Below are positions 1 through 14,028 of a DNA stretch of 64,000 bases, piece after piece (the stretch's first letter is position 1; every line of letters begins with the position of its first letter). The stretch spans positions 384,958,001 through 385,022,000 of the forward strand of contig OZ024741.1 in NCBI GenBank assembly GCA_964016885.1, read 5' to 3'. The translations under genes were made by a program, and so were the position numbers. Below the pieces are notes generated by a model that ran no database searches, had not been told where the DNA came from, and saw only the letters and a program-made list of their open reading frames with translations. The stretch comes from Eledone cirrhosa. Its lineage: Eukaryota.

Positions 1-3000
1 GCGTCTGAAGACTTTTCTTGGAACTTCCCGCTCTTTAGTGTTAGTGGGCGACTGGAACGGGATCTTAGATGAACGCTGGGACTGTGTGGGATTAGCGGAT
101 AGGGGAGGAGGGTGTAAAAGCCTCTCAAACCTGCTCAGACGGTTTCAACTGTCTGAGGTACCGCCTGGATTTCTCGAATGTGCCAATGTGGAGATGGACA
201 AACCGCATCGGGTCATCCAGATCATATCTAGATAGAGTATTTTGCAGGGAAATAGATAGGTCTAGCATAGGCTGTCCACATTTCAAAATAGTCGACTAAA
301 CGGACCACAAATTCGTGATCTGTGAGGTTGACTTAGATAGGCTTCATAGACAGGGACCCGGCTACTGGAAGCTAAACGTGACATTAACAACGCGCAAGGC
401 CTACAGAGACCGGATTAACGAACTAGTTAAGCGGGCGTTAACGGGGGCCATCGTCAACAACAGATAGTGGTTTGCTCTGAAAAGAGCGATTAGAATAGAG
501 TCTATTAGATTTAGTAAGGCTCTATCAATAGAGAAAAATAGAGCAGAGGGAGAACTAGTTAGAAAATTAGACGAGGCGCTTATTAAAGGCATCGCGACCG
601 ACGTACTTGTGGCGAAATTGGCCCTTGACCAATTCTTCAATGCAAAGCACGAAGGCTGCGTTGTCAGAGCTAGGGTGCGTGCTCTCAGACACGAGGGGAC
701 GAAAGCCGTTCAATGGGCTCGAGTGGTTGAGGCGCGTCGTGGCAACAAAGCCACGATCCGGTCTTTAGTGGACTATGACGGGCGCATACTACTCGATCCC
801 GGGGAAATGTGTGAAGCTTTTCAGCGACACTCCGCTCAGCTGTTCGGGGGCAGCGGCGCGCCTGATCGAGGGGTGGACTTTAGTGCCTACCTCGACGGTC
901 TGCCGCGGCTCTCTCCCACTGAGGCGGAGTGTTGCGAAAAGCCGATAACAGCCGCTGAAGTACGGGAGGCAATGACTGGCTGCATAAGGGATAAATCGCC
1001 TGGTTTGGATGGTCTGCTCTATGAACTTTACGTACAGATGCTACACTTGTTCGGAGGCCTCTTGGCGGACGTCTACTGCAACTGGCAACATAACAGGAGA
1101 ATTCCCAGCTCTGCGAGCCGAGGAGCGGTGGCGCTGCTGAGAAAGGATCCGAACAAGGAGGATAACATAGATAATTTCAGGCCCATAACTCTGCTAAACA
1201 CAGCAAAGGTGCTAGCAAAGAGGTTGGCGCTTGTCGTTGGTGGTCTGGTGGGAGAGGCGCAGACATGCGCCATTCCAGACAGATCCATCCACGACAACCT
1301 CCACCTCATGCGATACATCGTAGAGAGGTTAGCTAGGGAACCTGGAACGGGTGGATCCTTGATCAATTTAGATCAGTCGAAAGTTTTCGATAGGGTCGAC
1401 AATCGTTATCTGGCGGCAGTCCTGAGGGCGGCTGGCTTTGGGCCCGTCTTCAGAGGCTGGATCGCTGCCATGCACAGTGACATCTGCTCTGTGGTGAGAG
1501 TGAACGGTCACCTTTCTGAACCGTTCAACATCATGGGCTCGGTCCGCCAAGGATGTCCCCCTCGTCCCTCTTGTACGCATTGACTCTCGAGCCATTACTG
1601 CACACACTGGAGACGTTGAGGGGGGTCCCGCGCGAAATAGGATGCGGAAGATCCGTGTCAGCATATGTGGACAATGTCACCGTAGTGGTGTCGAACGCCA
1701 AACACATCGAGGCGATCGGCACCACACTAAGAGAATACGAAGCGGTGACAGGAGCAATGATCAACCAGCAAAAGTCGGTAGGCCTGCAGTTCGGCACCTG
1801 GAGAGGCAGGTCCATGCCGTCCAATAGCGTCGTCGGGCGCTGGACGGACGGACCGGTTAAATTGATAGGGGTCTGGTTCGGTCCGGACCGCCAGACGGAC
1901 AAAAACTGGGACGAGGTGACGAGCAGGGTGGCTTCTCTCACCCAGAAATGGGCAGAGAGGAAGCTCTCCCTGAAAGGTCGAACGGAAGTGGCGAATGCGT
2001 ACATCGCGTCCGTCATCTACTACCGCCTGACCGTCGTACATTGTCATAAGCCCCGCCTGACAGCACTGGAGCGTTTGCTCTTGGAAGGGACGCGTTCCGA
2101 TGGTCAGGCGGTCCATCTGCTGTCAACACCCGCTATATGGAGGGCTGGGCATGCCGTGGCTGATGAATCACAGACCCGCGCTCAGGCTACGACATCTCCA
2201 CTTCTTCCTCGACGATGATCAGGTGTGGTCGCCGTTTGCTAGACGCGTCTTTCCCCAGTTCGTCTCCTTGATGGAGCTGCAGTCCTTGGTCAAGAGAAGA
2301 CCGAGAGGGAGCGCTTGGAGACTGGGATGTCTTCAGGCGCTTACGGCCCTGGACCAGTTGGGAAATATGATCGGTGGAAACTCCACCTTGGCGTTCTATA
2401 GAGGATTAGTGGAGGGGAAGAGCAACGACGTACTTGGGGAAAACTTTTAGGCGTCGACGAAAATCAACTAGCCAATCTCTTCGGAAGAACTTTCGGGCCG
2501 GGGCCTATGGACAATTTCCAGAAATCCCTGGCCTGGCAATGCTACCGAGGAGCTTTGCCAGTTCGGGATAAACTCTACAGGCACGGAATTGCCGACAGCC
2601 GGGCATGTCCGAGAGGCGCACAGGGCAACGAGACCATCCTGCATGCACTCGTCTAGTGTCCGAGCATTGCTGACTTGTGGGTTTATGTCGAACACCTGCT
2701 GTCGCGTATAGAACGGATCCGGCTATCAGCTGAGTCCATCGTGAGGATTGCCTCGCCCTCTTCCTTTAGCCGGGAAGGGCAGGCAATTTTTATCTGTCTG
2801 GTGGCCATGGCGAAAGAGATAGTATGGTGGACACGTTTGAAAGGGCTGAAGACAAGCACTTACCTCTTCGGTGATGCCCTGATTAACATTTTCAAATTTC
2901 ATTTGAAAAGGAAAATCAGGGTAGAGAGAGAAGTGCTCTCTTCCCAGCATTTTGTTGAAAGATGGATGAGAGAGGCAAAAATGGCCCGAGTGAATGGACT

Positions 3001-3300
3001 CTGAGTATATGCCTGTAAATTGAAGGTGGAAAACTGGGAGAGGGCACTTGCCCTGGTGGTCAGGGTCACCGTTGCCTTTTTTTAAAATGGGCTTTCTCCA
3101 CGATGGCCCTCGGAAATCTCCCCCCCCCCTATTGGGGAATTTTTCATTGTTCTTTTTTTGTTACATCCTCTGTTTTTTGTTTTTTACACGCAGAAATGCC
3201 CACTTGTACCGTCCTGTATTGTCCTGTATTGTCCTGTACTGTATTTAATGTCTACTTTGTGTAAACCCTTGCGGTTAATAAAGAAAGCATCATTATTATT
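1..3300 (+). mobile_element. L1/Tx1-clade non-LTR retrotransposon ORF2 (APE endonuclease, RT, C-terminal zinc-binding region) plus 3' UTR; degenerate, cut by the window start
   Basis: APE motifs LVGDWN (38), YLDRVF, DHK and GYWKLN. RT motifs KSPGLDG, FRPITLLN, LDQSKVFDRV, SVRQGCP and AYVDN are spread over frameshifted ORFs 609-1583, 1553-2218, 2100-2450 and 2675-3004. In-frame stops; AATAAA at 3277-3282. Confidence 0.93.
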
Positions 3301-3317
3301 ATTACAATAATCTACAA

Positions 3318-3626
3318 GGGCGGTAGATTGGCAGTATCGGTAGAGGGTCGGACGCCATGTTTCCAGCATAGTTACGTCCCTTTACGATCTGAGTTCAAAT
3401 CCCGCCGAGGTTGACTTTGCCTTTCATCCTTACGGAGTCGATAAAATAAAGTACCAGTAATGCACTGGATAATTGCTGGCCTTGTGCCTAAAGTAGAAAC
3501 AATTATTATTATTATTACAGCGCCGAGGTTGACTTTGCCTTTCATCCTTACGGGATCGATAAAATAAAGTACCAGTAATGCACTGGGTAATTGCTGGCCT
3601 TGTGCCTAAAGTAGAAACAATTATTA
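3318..3626 (+). mobile_element. tRNA-derived SINE family 1 (full copy 3318-3516 plus tandem 3' half 3521-3626)
   Basis: A-box-like TGGCAGTATCGG and B-box GAGTTCAAATCC. Central GCCTTTCATCCTTACGGGGTCGATAAAATAAAGTACCAG resembles the Deu/Nin-type SINE core. (ATT)n tail; more than 20 copies in the window. Confidence 0.85.
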
Positions 3627-4605
3627 CAGTTGCATTTATCTTGCTTTATGTTCATACGAGTTATCACCAAGTCACAACCAGTGACCTCAAGAGACAACAA
3701 GGTCCGCCATGTTCAAGAAAGAACATACATACACACACATGCATCTTTAGTGTTTAGACTTGTGATGTACTTATATTGACAGAATCTTCCTTAGTATATG
3801 GGCAGTTCCCATTAGTACTATCTTTTGTATTTCTCCTATACGCGGGTTTCCTGGGATTTGCGATAAGTAATCATTAGACCCCTTAGGTATCATTCCCAGA
3901 GCGCCTACAACCACTGGTATTGTTTTAGTTCTCAATTTCCACATTTTTCCAATTTCTGTCTCCAGGTCCTTATACTTGCTCAATTTTTCAAATGTTTTTA
4001 TAGATACATTCTTGTCTATTGGAACGGACATATCAATTAGCAGGCATACCCTCTTTTTAAAGTCCTTCAGTATTATATCAGGTCTATTTGCATCTATTTT
4101 TCGGTCTGTTTGGATGCTAAAGTTCCACAAGTACGGGAGGTGGTTAATGCGCCCACCAATTCTTTTGATGGGGCAGGTCAAAATGCTTACACATTATCCA
4201 ATGTATGTATTGTGCAGCTCTGTCGTGCCTGTTTAGGTATTCGGTTGGAGTTATAAGACTGCACATTGAAATTATATGGTCAATGGTCCATGGTTGTTTT
4301 TTACATACACGGCATAATGGGTTGCATCCATTATTTATTATGTTGGCTTGGTCATTTTTTGTTGGCAGACACTGATCTTGTGCTGATATAATTAGTCCTT
4401 CAGTCTCCGATTTCAGTCCAGAGGATGCCAACCACTGATGGGTTAAAGTTTTGTCAACATCAGGATTGTTAGCTCTTTTTGGGTATTTTCCATACAGAGG
4501 CTTTTCTTAGTCAGTTTCTGTAGCAGTTCTTTCTTTGCAGTTACTTTTACCTACCTTTCTTTTTCTGTGTTTTTCATTTCAGCAGTAAATGGAACTTCTG
4601 AAATT
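3627..4605 (-). mobile_element. R4/Dong-like non-LTR retrotransposon 3' fragment (CCHC plus restriction-like endonuclease), 5'-truncated, inserted in (TAA)n
   Basis: ETEGLIISAQDQ, CRVC..TIDHIISMC and RHD (ORF 4144-4431); NRPDI..IDMSVP..KLSKYKDL, the PD..D..K RLE motif (ORF 3771-4181); (TAA)n at both ends. Confidence 0.85.
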
Positions 4606-5032
4606 TATTATTATTATTATTATAAGCTGTTGCTGCTGCTGCCATGTCAACACGCCTTCTTTATTGGCTCCTGATACCTGAAAGGTTTGCATAATTTTGC
4701 CGTTTTATTCAAAGCGAATAAAAATGTTTTCTTTACTTGGTTTAAGACACACTCTCTATGATTTATTGTTTATTTTTAAAAAATCATAATAAACGAAGAA
4801 AGTGGGTGTTTCTGACATTTTTGTGATTCCCTTCAGAGATATTGTAAACAATGGCTTCTACAATCACAACAGAAAGTTACGCCCCCAAAACACAGAAAAC
4901 GAAAAGCATTCAACAGACAAATACTTGTTACGAACTAAATGAAAGAACTGTTTCTTTGTCATAGCAAGAGGCATACGAAAAAATTTGTTGTAATGAAATA
5001 AGAAAGAAAAGGTAATTTTATTATCACTAACA

Positions 5033-5136
<104 letters not shown>

Positions 5137-5394
5137 ACATCACATATGTGTATGTAAAGAAGTAGCAAATGACAATCGTTAGGACATCAGATAGAATGCT
5201 TTGCGGTTTTTGTTCCGGGCTCTCTGCTCTCTGAGGTCAAAGTCCACTGAGGTCAGCTTAGCCTTTCATCCTTTCGAGGTTGATAAAAAATGTTCCAGTG
5301 CAATACTGAGGTTGTCCTGCCTCTGTCTTGTTCTCATCCCACTCTCTCTCTTCTTCTCTGGAAGAAAGAACGAATGTTTGTATGACCCATATAC

Positions 5395-5437
<43 letters not shown>

Positions 5438-5499
5438 TGAGTGCTGCAAACTCTAAGAGTATTGCAATACCTTGTCAGATTATAGAGTTTGGTGCACTC

Positions 5500-5822
5500 T
5501 TAGGCTATGACCAGCCACACGAACCTGTAACATATCCCGAACAAGCAATGCCTGCGCTTTGAAGGTTTTTTAAGTAGGGAAAGGCCTTGCACTCAACCAA
5601 TCCCACTGTCTGAGCATCGAAAAAACCTACTATTTGGCCGTTAACTCTGCTGAGTTCCTCCGTCTTTTGCTGGGTCTTGTATTTCATCCCTCAGGGTGTC
5701 CAAATATCGCCCTCCTCACCAAGCTAGCTTGGTGGGTTGCCGCTTTAGTCCCCGACGACCCGACCATGAGACAGGCTGGACTGGGCTACACGTTACCAGT
5801 AGCACTCGAGAGCGACCTGACA
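5500..5822 (-). mobile_element. Diverged copy of the structured non-coding element at 27289 and 59402 (probable RTE-type 5' UTR derivative)
   Basis: The reverse complement aligns to 27289-27700: GTCAGGTC...TGCTACTGGTAAC...CATGGTCGGGTCG...CTTGGTGAGGAGGG. Confidence 0.6.
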
Positions 5823-5882
5823 CACACATATATATATACATACATAGACACATACATACATACGTACATACATATATATACG

Positions 5883-6720
5883 CTTGAATTTGGTGGTTTA
5901 CCACTGGATAGAATTGGTCTTTCCTCGAAGTAAACCATGATGTAGTATTGTAAAAGCGCTTGACGTTAAGTATCTCATCGATCTTTGATGTTGAATCTTG
6001 TTTTTGGTGCAGGAATGGAATTAAATTATATTATAGGGTAAAATGACAGGAGGCCGGACAGGTTTTATTACTGCAAACACTATGCACATTTCACTGGCTA
6101 GGCTACGTATGAACCTAGTGACATCATCAGGTGTATAATTGCATAGTAGTTAGGAAGAAACAAAATGAAAAATCCGAGAATGAAAAAAAATGTTTTTTTT
6201 TGTTTTTGACTCAGGGGAATACCCCGTGGGAGTAAAGGATTACAAATAAAACAAAATGATCTTTTTTACCCAGTATATTTCATCATGTTTGAAACGTGAC
6301 CCTGTAGACCACATACATTCTCATAGACACTTTCGCGTTGTTGATGGGGCAGTTAGGAAGTGTGCATATATCGTTGTATGCCGCTCCGGATTTGGTGAGT
6401 AATCTCCTCAGGTAGGATTCCAAGTGTGCCAGTTGTATGTTCAGACCCTCCCTAAGGATAGCTTGTCGGGAGGTTGCGGTCATCCACCCGCTGAAATGTA
6501 GCAGCTTTTGATAGCATATGCTGTCCATAGTGGCACTTGTTCTTGTTCTCTTAAGGGGTGCTTTGGCATCTCGATGTTTGGTGAGGGAAGTTGGATAGCC
6601 ATTTTCAGTGAGAATTCTTTGGAATTCTTCCGTGCTGGTGTATTTGTCGCTACCCTCGCTGCGTCAGAGCTGAAACAAGGTGTCATTGAGGTCACCATAG
6701 ATGCAACGGAGAGGAATGTT
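5883..6720 (-). mobile_element. Penelope-like element 3' remnant (degenerate GIY-YIG start plus pLTR with hammerhead)
   Basis: ORF 6283-6528 ends CTLPNCPI..YVVYRVT, like the PLE GIY-YIG N-terminus. HHR at 6077-6134. The 3' tail 5883-6050 is homologous to 31030-31213 and 42570-42748. Confidence 0.65.
6077..6134 (-). ncRNA. Type I hammerhead ribozyme motif
   Basis: Minus strand reads ACAC CTGATGA tgtca-CTAGG..CCTAG-ccagt GAA ATG-tg-CAT A^GTGT. Stem I is ACAC/GTGT; AUA site. Confidence 0.65.
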
Positions 6721-6885
6721 GGGGATTTAATAATTAAGGAAGCATTATTTGTAAACTGTGTGTATATTTCTCTATATCTTGTCTTTCTCAGTTGGTATTC
6801 TGTATAGTGTGTCTATATGTTTATAAGATTCTGTGTATGTGTGTGTGCTTGCATGCAAATGTGTGTGTTTTCAGATGTGTGTGTT

Positions 6886-7068
6886 TGGCAGTATCGGTAG
6901 AGGGTCGGACACCATGCTTTTCAGCATAGAGTTACGGCCCTTTACGGTTTGAGTTCAAATCCCGCCGAGGTTAGCTTTGGCTTTCCTCCTTACGGGGTCG
7001 ATAAAATAAAGTACCAGTAATGCACTGGGTTAATTGCTGGCCTTGTGCCAAAAGTAGAAATAATTATT
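6886..7068 (+). mobile_element. SINE family 1
   Basis: Near-identical to 3318-3516. Confidence 0.85.
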
Positions 7069-7401
7069 TGTAAACGTACTGAAAACAATAGAACGGAATT
7101 ACACCGTACGAAGTGCCATTTATGACTGCTCCACGTATGTGCAATTCACACAAAACACAGGAAAGATCTGTTAAGAGAGGTTATATCGTTTTTCGTTTAT
7201 TTGAAATATTAGGATGAAATATACTGCGTAAATTTTTTCGTTTTATTTGTCATCATTTCCTCCAATACAAACTTTATATATATACTATCTTCATTGTACC
7301 GGAGTTTTGAAGTTCTTATCACTTATTACATATCTCACAATGCACTTATTACATAGCTAACAATACTGTTATATATACATACATAAATAAACACACACAC
7401 A

Positions 7402-7451
<50 letters not shown>

Positions 7452-7691
7452 GTCTCGTTTTTATTCCGTAAGACCTGGTGAAGTTGGCGTTTCTCAGGTA
7501 TTTAAAATCTAACTGAGTCCATCTCCTCTCCAGATTTGAACACAGCCAATTTCTTCCTAAGAAGAAAAAAGAGAATGTACAGACTTTGAGAATGGATGGG
7601 CTACGCCAGGTTTAAAATGTCCAAGAAACGCCAAATGTTACGACAACGCCCCTACAACTTCACCATGTGTTACGGTTTAAAAACGAAAAGA

Positions 7692-7756
<65 letters not shown>

Positions 7757-7762
<6 letters not shown>

Positions 7763-8142
7763 GTAAACAGAAATAACAACATAATCAGTACAGTATATGG
7801 AAGGTATATATTAGGTTAACGCTTGATATAGCAGGAAGAAGGTCTTAACGTTTCGGACGCTAGTGCTTCATCAGAAGAAAGAATGAGAAATAATATATAT
7901 ATATATATATATATTCTCTTTTCGTTTATATATATACTTTTCATATACAAAACACCAGCATCAACAGTTTTCCAAGAGATGTCAACATGAATGAACCTGT
8001 TATTTTTATCTAAAGACATTTTTTTCTTCTGATGAAGGACTTGCGTTCGAAACGTTAAGACCCTCTTCCTGCTATATCAAACGTTAACCTAATATATTCC
8101 TTCCATATACTGTACCGATTGTGTTGTTATTTCTGTTTACCT

Positions 8143-8146
<4 letters not shown>
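7757..8146. mobile_element. Fold-back pLTR-like element with ~125-bp inverted arms, each carrying a minimal hammerhead
   Basis: Arms at 7757-7880 and 8021-8146. Plus-strand HHR 8025-8060: TCTT CTGATGA A GGAC-ttgc-GTTC GAAACGTT AAGA. Minus-strand HHR at 7843-7878. Flanked by (TA)n and (TACA)n. Confidence 0.75.
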
Positions 8147-8200
<54 letters not shown>

Positions 8201-8204
8201 TATG

Positions 8205-8950
8205 AATACACTATATATACATTCATATATAGTGTATTTTGCAATACACTGTATGCTTAATTAAAAGCATTTCGAAGACCTTACGCTATTGTTTTAGAGT
8301 AGTGACAGTCTCACTTACTTTAAATTTTCAGCAAACAGGGGAGATAAAGCTGACAGAACTTTGCTTCGTACTGATTGGTACTTATCAAAGCCAAGTACTC
8401 CACCTGTTTGCTGAAAATCATGAATGTTTGATTCTTATAGAATTCTAGTAATAATCAGGAACTGATTATACAGAGCGGTTGCCGGTCAAGCAGAAATTGG
8501 AAATTAGAATTGGTGCTCTGAAATAGCGATATATATATGCATGTATATATAGTGTATTTTACAATACACTGTATGCTTAATTAAAAGCATTTCGAAGACC
8601 TTGCGCTATTTCAGAGCACCAATTCTAATTTTCAATTTCTGCTTGACCGGCAACCGCTCTGTATAATCAGTTCCTGATTATTATTAGAATTCTATAAGAA
8701 TCAAACATTCATGATTTTCAGCAAACAGGTGGAGTACTTGGCTTTGATAAGTACCAATCAGTACGAAACAGAGCTCTGTCAGCTTTATCTCCCCTGTTTG
8801 CTGAAAATTTAAAGAAAGTGAGACTGTCACTACTCTAAAACAATAGCGTAAGGTCTTCGAAATGTTTTTAATTAAGCATACAGTGTATTGCAAAATACAC
8901 TATATATACATTCATATATATATCGCTATTTCAGAGCACCAATTCTAATT
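8205..8950. repeat. Complex inverted/direct duplication with ~300-bp arms
   Basis: 8225-8527 is the reverse complement of ~8605-8915. The near-identical 69-aa spurious ORFs 8239(+) and 8684(-) reflect this. A partial direct copy lies at 8545-8610. Confidence 0.85.
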
Positions 8951-9063
8951 TATATATATATATATATAAACAATATAAAGATAAAACAACCATAGGTGGG
9001 AGGAGGGAATACAAGCTAGAAAAACTATACTATCTATTAAATATTTTTCTACTTACAAAGAAT

Positions 9064-9152
9064 CCCTCTGATGAAGGAATCTTGCAATATTGGTTGTCTT
9101 AATTTATTAGGATAATTAATATTGTTTCTTAATTCTAGAAACTGCAGTTGGG
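9064..9152 (+). ncRNA. Type I hammerhead motif with long stem II
   Basis: CCT CTGATGA (9068-74) A GGAAT-[AATATTGGTTGTCTTAAT/ATTAGGATAATTAATATT hairpin]-ATTCT A GAA ACT-gc-AGT T^GGG. Stem I is weak. Confidence 0.6.
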
Positions 9153-10405
9153 CAGACGATATGAGCGAAACATTGTAATATTAGTTTGTCTAGCTTTTAT
9201 TCTCACCAATGGATGTTTTGGCATTTGATAAACTATGTATATGTACGTATGTATATGCAGGGGTATAAAACATTCTTTCTAGTTTCTATCTATCTGTTCT
9301 TTCTTACTTTGTCAAATACACACACATGCACACACACGCACACATACTCACACACACACAAACACGCACACATACTCTCACACACACGCACACACATATA
9401 TATATGCACACATACACTCTCTCTCGCACTCTCTCACGCACAAACTTGTAATAACGTGTTAGGTATATCACACGCTTCAAACATGCACTTAGATTACATT
9501 TTCTTCATTGCATGTACATTCGGTCAAAATAATCTAATTGTATATTGCTATTCTATTATGTATCAGAATGTAATGTAATAGGTTTCATTTTCAGTGTAAT
9601 ATATTTTTTATTCACGTAACTCTTTTGGTATACCATGCTTTAATATATTCAGCGTCGGAAATATGTTTTATTGAACAGGTCAATATGTCAGCTGACTCCA
9701 ATGTGCTGTTTTTTTTCACAATTCACTATTCGTTTATTTATATTTATATGCAGTAAGTTTCCATTATTTCTGGTCATGACATTTTGTAAATGAAATTTGA
9801 TACTACGCGAAGTGAGAAGAAGAAAGTCAAATACGGAAATTGATAGAGAATTGATTGGTGATGCTAACGTTTTTCCTTAACATTCTGGTGTTTCAGACAT
9901 TTTGTTCTATTTTGTATCTTTGTCTCACAGTATTATAGAAAGGACATTTCAGAAAACCATTCGAGTAAGAAAGTTCTAAATTTGTTATATAACAATAAGA
10001 ACAGCAAAAAAGTCTTTCTTTTAGAATATGTTTTTCTTTCTATATTATTGTGGTATCATACCAGGCGAGTTATGAAATATGCTGTTTTAAAAGTACATAT
10101 GTATATATTTGAAAATATAGACGCAGCAATCCAAATAATCCCCCACCCCTATACTCACAAAAGGAAGTTGTTAACTATAAATATAGTTGAATAAATCGGA
10201 CAACATAAATACAATGAGAGTGTAAGAGATGCCTACGGGGAATCGTACAATGTTTTTTTCTTATGCTGGGCGAGTGTGGTTAACCACTATGCCATTATGG
10301 GACAAATAATTGTCTTCTTCTTAGAATATTTAAGCATGAAGTTAGAAGTTTAAAGAATAGATGGTTAGATGATGAAACATTGAGAAATTAGAAATTTGTA
10401 TTGTG

Positions 10406-11421
10406 GTAATCCTAACCTTAAACTTATTCCTAAACATAACACTAACCGCAACCTTAACCTTAATCCTAACCCTAACCCTGCCCTAAGCATAACCTTAAAC
10501 CTAAATCTAGCCCTAACTCTAACCCTAGAACGAACATTAACATTAACACCTAACCCCTTGACAATAATCCTAATCCTAATCTTAATCACAACCCAAAACA
10601 TAAACCTAAGCCTATGGCTAAACATAGCACTAAATCAAACCCTAACCCTAACTTTGGAACAAAATCTAACCTGAAACCTAATCCTCACCCTAATACTAGC
10701 ACTGCCATTAACCCTAATATTAAATCCAACTCTAAACTTAAGCCTAATCCCAAACTTAACGCCAAACCTAATCTTAACAGTAAACCCTACCATAAACCTA
10801 AGCCTAACTCTAACCTTAAATGTAATCCCTAACCTTAACCTCTAACCAATAAACCATAACTCTAATCCTAAAGCTAACAAAAACTTTAACTGCTAAGCAT
10901 AACCCTAAACTTCACCCTAATTTTAACACTAAACTTAATCCTAATCCTAACCCTAAACATAACATCATTACCCTAACCCTAAACAAAACCTTTTACCTTA
11001 ACCATAAACCTTTTACCCGAACACTAAAACTAACCCTAACCATAAACCTAACTCTAAGTCTAACACTAACCCTAAACCTAACACAAATCTTAACACCAAC
11101 CCAAACCATAACACTAACCTTAATCCTAGCACACACACTTTAAAGCAAAACCTAACCTTAACACTATATCCTAACTCACACACTGACCCTCACCCTAACC
11201 CTCATCTAACACTAACCCTCATCCTAACATAACCTTAACCTTAACACTAGCCCTAAACTTGACCCTCATCTATCTCTAACCCTCATCTAACACTAACCTT
11301 CATCCTAACACCAACCCTAACTCTCATCTAACTCTAACCCTAATTTTAACACTAACCATAACCCTAACACTAACAATTATCCTAAACTTTTAATCTTAAC
11401 TTTTAATCTTAACCTTAATCC
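10406..11421. repeat. Degenerate interstitial telomere-like (CCCTAA)n tract
   Basis: About 1 kb of 6-bp periodic variants (CCCTAA, CCTTAA, CACTAA, ACCTAA). Confidence 0.85.
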
Positions 11422-12055
11422 GGTAGACAGGTAAGGTCAGGTCAGGTCATTATACATTGTAGACTACGGATATTGCGATAGACCGTGCACTCAAATAGCT
11501 CGGATCAACTCCCTTGATGTTGTAAGGTTCAGAATGAAGAGAAGGCACGAGAAGACGACTGCAACATTCCAGTTGTATATAATCAAGTTTGGTTACTGTT
11601 TTCAACAGTAGTAACTTCTATTTATGGCGGCGAATTGGCAGTTATTAGAACGTCGAATAGAATGCTTTATAGTATCCGGCTCTCTTCTCTCTGAGTTCAA
11701 ATACCACCGAACTCAACTATACCTTTTATCCTTACGAGGTCGATAAAAAAGTACTAGTCTAGTACTGGGGTCGATTCTTCTTATCCGCCAGGCTTAAAAT
11801 GCCCAAGAACCGCCATACGTCAATACGGTACCTCTACGACTCTATTAAGAGTTACGGGACCAAAAACTCCTATTTACTAATATTTAACAAAAGCACGTTG
11901 GAATTTTGACACTATATACTTCTAATTACTCCAAAACTAAATGTCACACAAAAAGTATTTTCATAAAAAAAAGTAGAGTGCTTAGGGTCGTACAATACAT
12001 GGATAGCGGACTTACAAATATTTAGAGATACGATTACTCAAATTACTAGAGAGTA

Positions 12056-12154
<99 letters not shown>

Positions 12155-12179
12155 TATATATGGTGTGAGTGTATGTGTG

Positions 12180-12385
12180 TATCATCATCATCATCATCAT
12201 CATCATCACCGTTTAACGTCCATTTTTTCACGCTAGCATGGGTTGGACGAGTGGCCCCGTTGTAGACAAGTCAAATCAGGTGACCATGTCTTGCTCATAC
12301 AGAACTGTTTCTGGCTTCGTTTCTATGGCTGGATGCCCTTCCTAATGCTAACTACATTTACAGTGTGGACTAGGTGCTTTTTGCC
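12180..12385 (-). mobile_element. SINE 3' part with (GAT)n tail
   Basis: Minus strand GCATTAGGAAGGGCATCCAGCC...CGTCCAACCCATGCTAGC...GGACGTTAAACG followed by (GAT)n, a SINE/LINE-like 3' end. Confidence 0.6.
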
Positions 12386-12453
12386 GTGAGACCTTACAAC
12401 CACTTTACTGTGTGGGCTGGGTCCCGTGACACCTTCATTTTGTACCTAACAGA

Positions 12454-12485
<32 letters not shown>

Positions 12486-12703
12486 GGAGGGAGGAAGTTT
12501 CAGCATGACTTGGCAAGCTATTTAGAACACTGGTTTAACCGCTTTACTTCCCTCCGAAGAAGAGATATTATCTCGAAAATTAAGGACATTTAAATAAATC
12601 TAAGGTAAAAGACTAATTGTCAACAATATCTTTTGCATTTGCATTCTTTATTCTATGTCCATACCTGCATTGTTTTGGCTTTATTATACATATACAAACG
12701 TTT

Positions 12704-12783
<80 letters not shown>

Positions 12784-13995
12784 TTTCATTTAAATTATAA
12801 GAGTGAGATACAAATATACAAACATTGAGCGAGAGAGAGACTAGTTTTTGTGAGATTGGTGTTTCATTGAAATCTTTCTATTTTAAATTGCTCCCCAATT
12901 CGTTCCCTTCACACACGCTTCCTTTTTTTCTCATACATTTTTCAACGCTTCGCCCCTATATTTCCTATTTCTAATTGTTCTTCATATCTAGCCTTTCTTT
13001 CTTTCTTTCTTTCTTTTCATTTTATTTCTTCACATGTCTTTCTTTTCACTTTCTTTCTTTCTTTCTACCTTTCTTTTTTTCTTTCTTTATTATGTCTTTC
13101 GATTTTGTTCATCGTTAAAGAAGCTACAACGTAAGTAAATATTATTGTAGAAGTTTACAATAAAACTAAAAATGTCCACATATATCCAGACTGGCAAACA
13201 TAATATGTCTGTAAGAATTGTCGATGTCTTTCAATGGATGAGTTTTTGTGTTAGAGAAACCAATTTCATGTTTTATTAAATATTTCAGCATTCCCTTCAA
13301 TAACTGCAGTGATGTGTGTTATTTTGGTGTATTACAATATATTAACTGGTATAGAAACCAGGTTACTGTCATTGAATAAATCTTTTCAATTTCTCTAACT
13401 ATTACTGCCACGGGACCATATAAGGATATCAGTTTTCATTAGTAGTGAGAGATGAAAAATATACGGTGATGTTATAAAGACAGTTACAATAACGTGATCG
13501 GTTTTTTTGTATGACACTAACAAACGTATTTGGATACGATCAGCACATACAGGTCCGAACAACTCATTGTATCATCCTCAGAGAACTTCGTTTCCTTTTA
13601 ATTCTTCTCTGATTATTTAGACAGGTGAACTTTGCTGACGGAAGCAAATTGAGCGAAGGAAATCTTTGACAGTGTATTAAACTTTTGACATTCTCTCAAG
13701 AGGTTAGCTGTACAATAGTTCGTAGAAATATTACCACATGATACTCGTCTCCCTCTGTCAAACCCCAACCTGACCTCACATGACGAGAGATTCTTGTGAG
13801 TTTAACTTTTGTTATTTTCAAACTTTCATTCAAAAGTCCATAGAGATAATAAAGATTATATTTCGATCAGTAAATTCTTTGATGGGACACATTCTTCAGT
13901 CAAGAAATCAATATTTTATATATTTGCGCTAACACAACACAGCTAGACACTTCTATTTCTATATACATTTATACACAAAAGTACGCATAAATACG

Positions 13996-14028
<33 letters not shown>

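Noticed and set aside
3318-3410. tRNA genes
   Set aside because: The A/B boxes belong to SINE heads; no full cloverleaf can be drawn.
8205-8950. Hammerhead in this fold-back
   Set aside because: Only CTTCGAAATG is present; no CUGANGA with pairing stems.
10365-10832. ORFs with NP/KP/RL repeats
   Set aside because: They are translations of the telomere-like hexamer tract.
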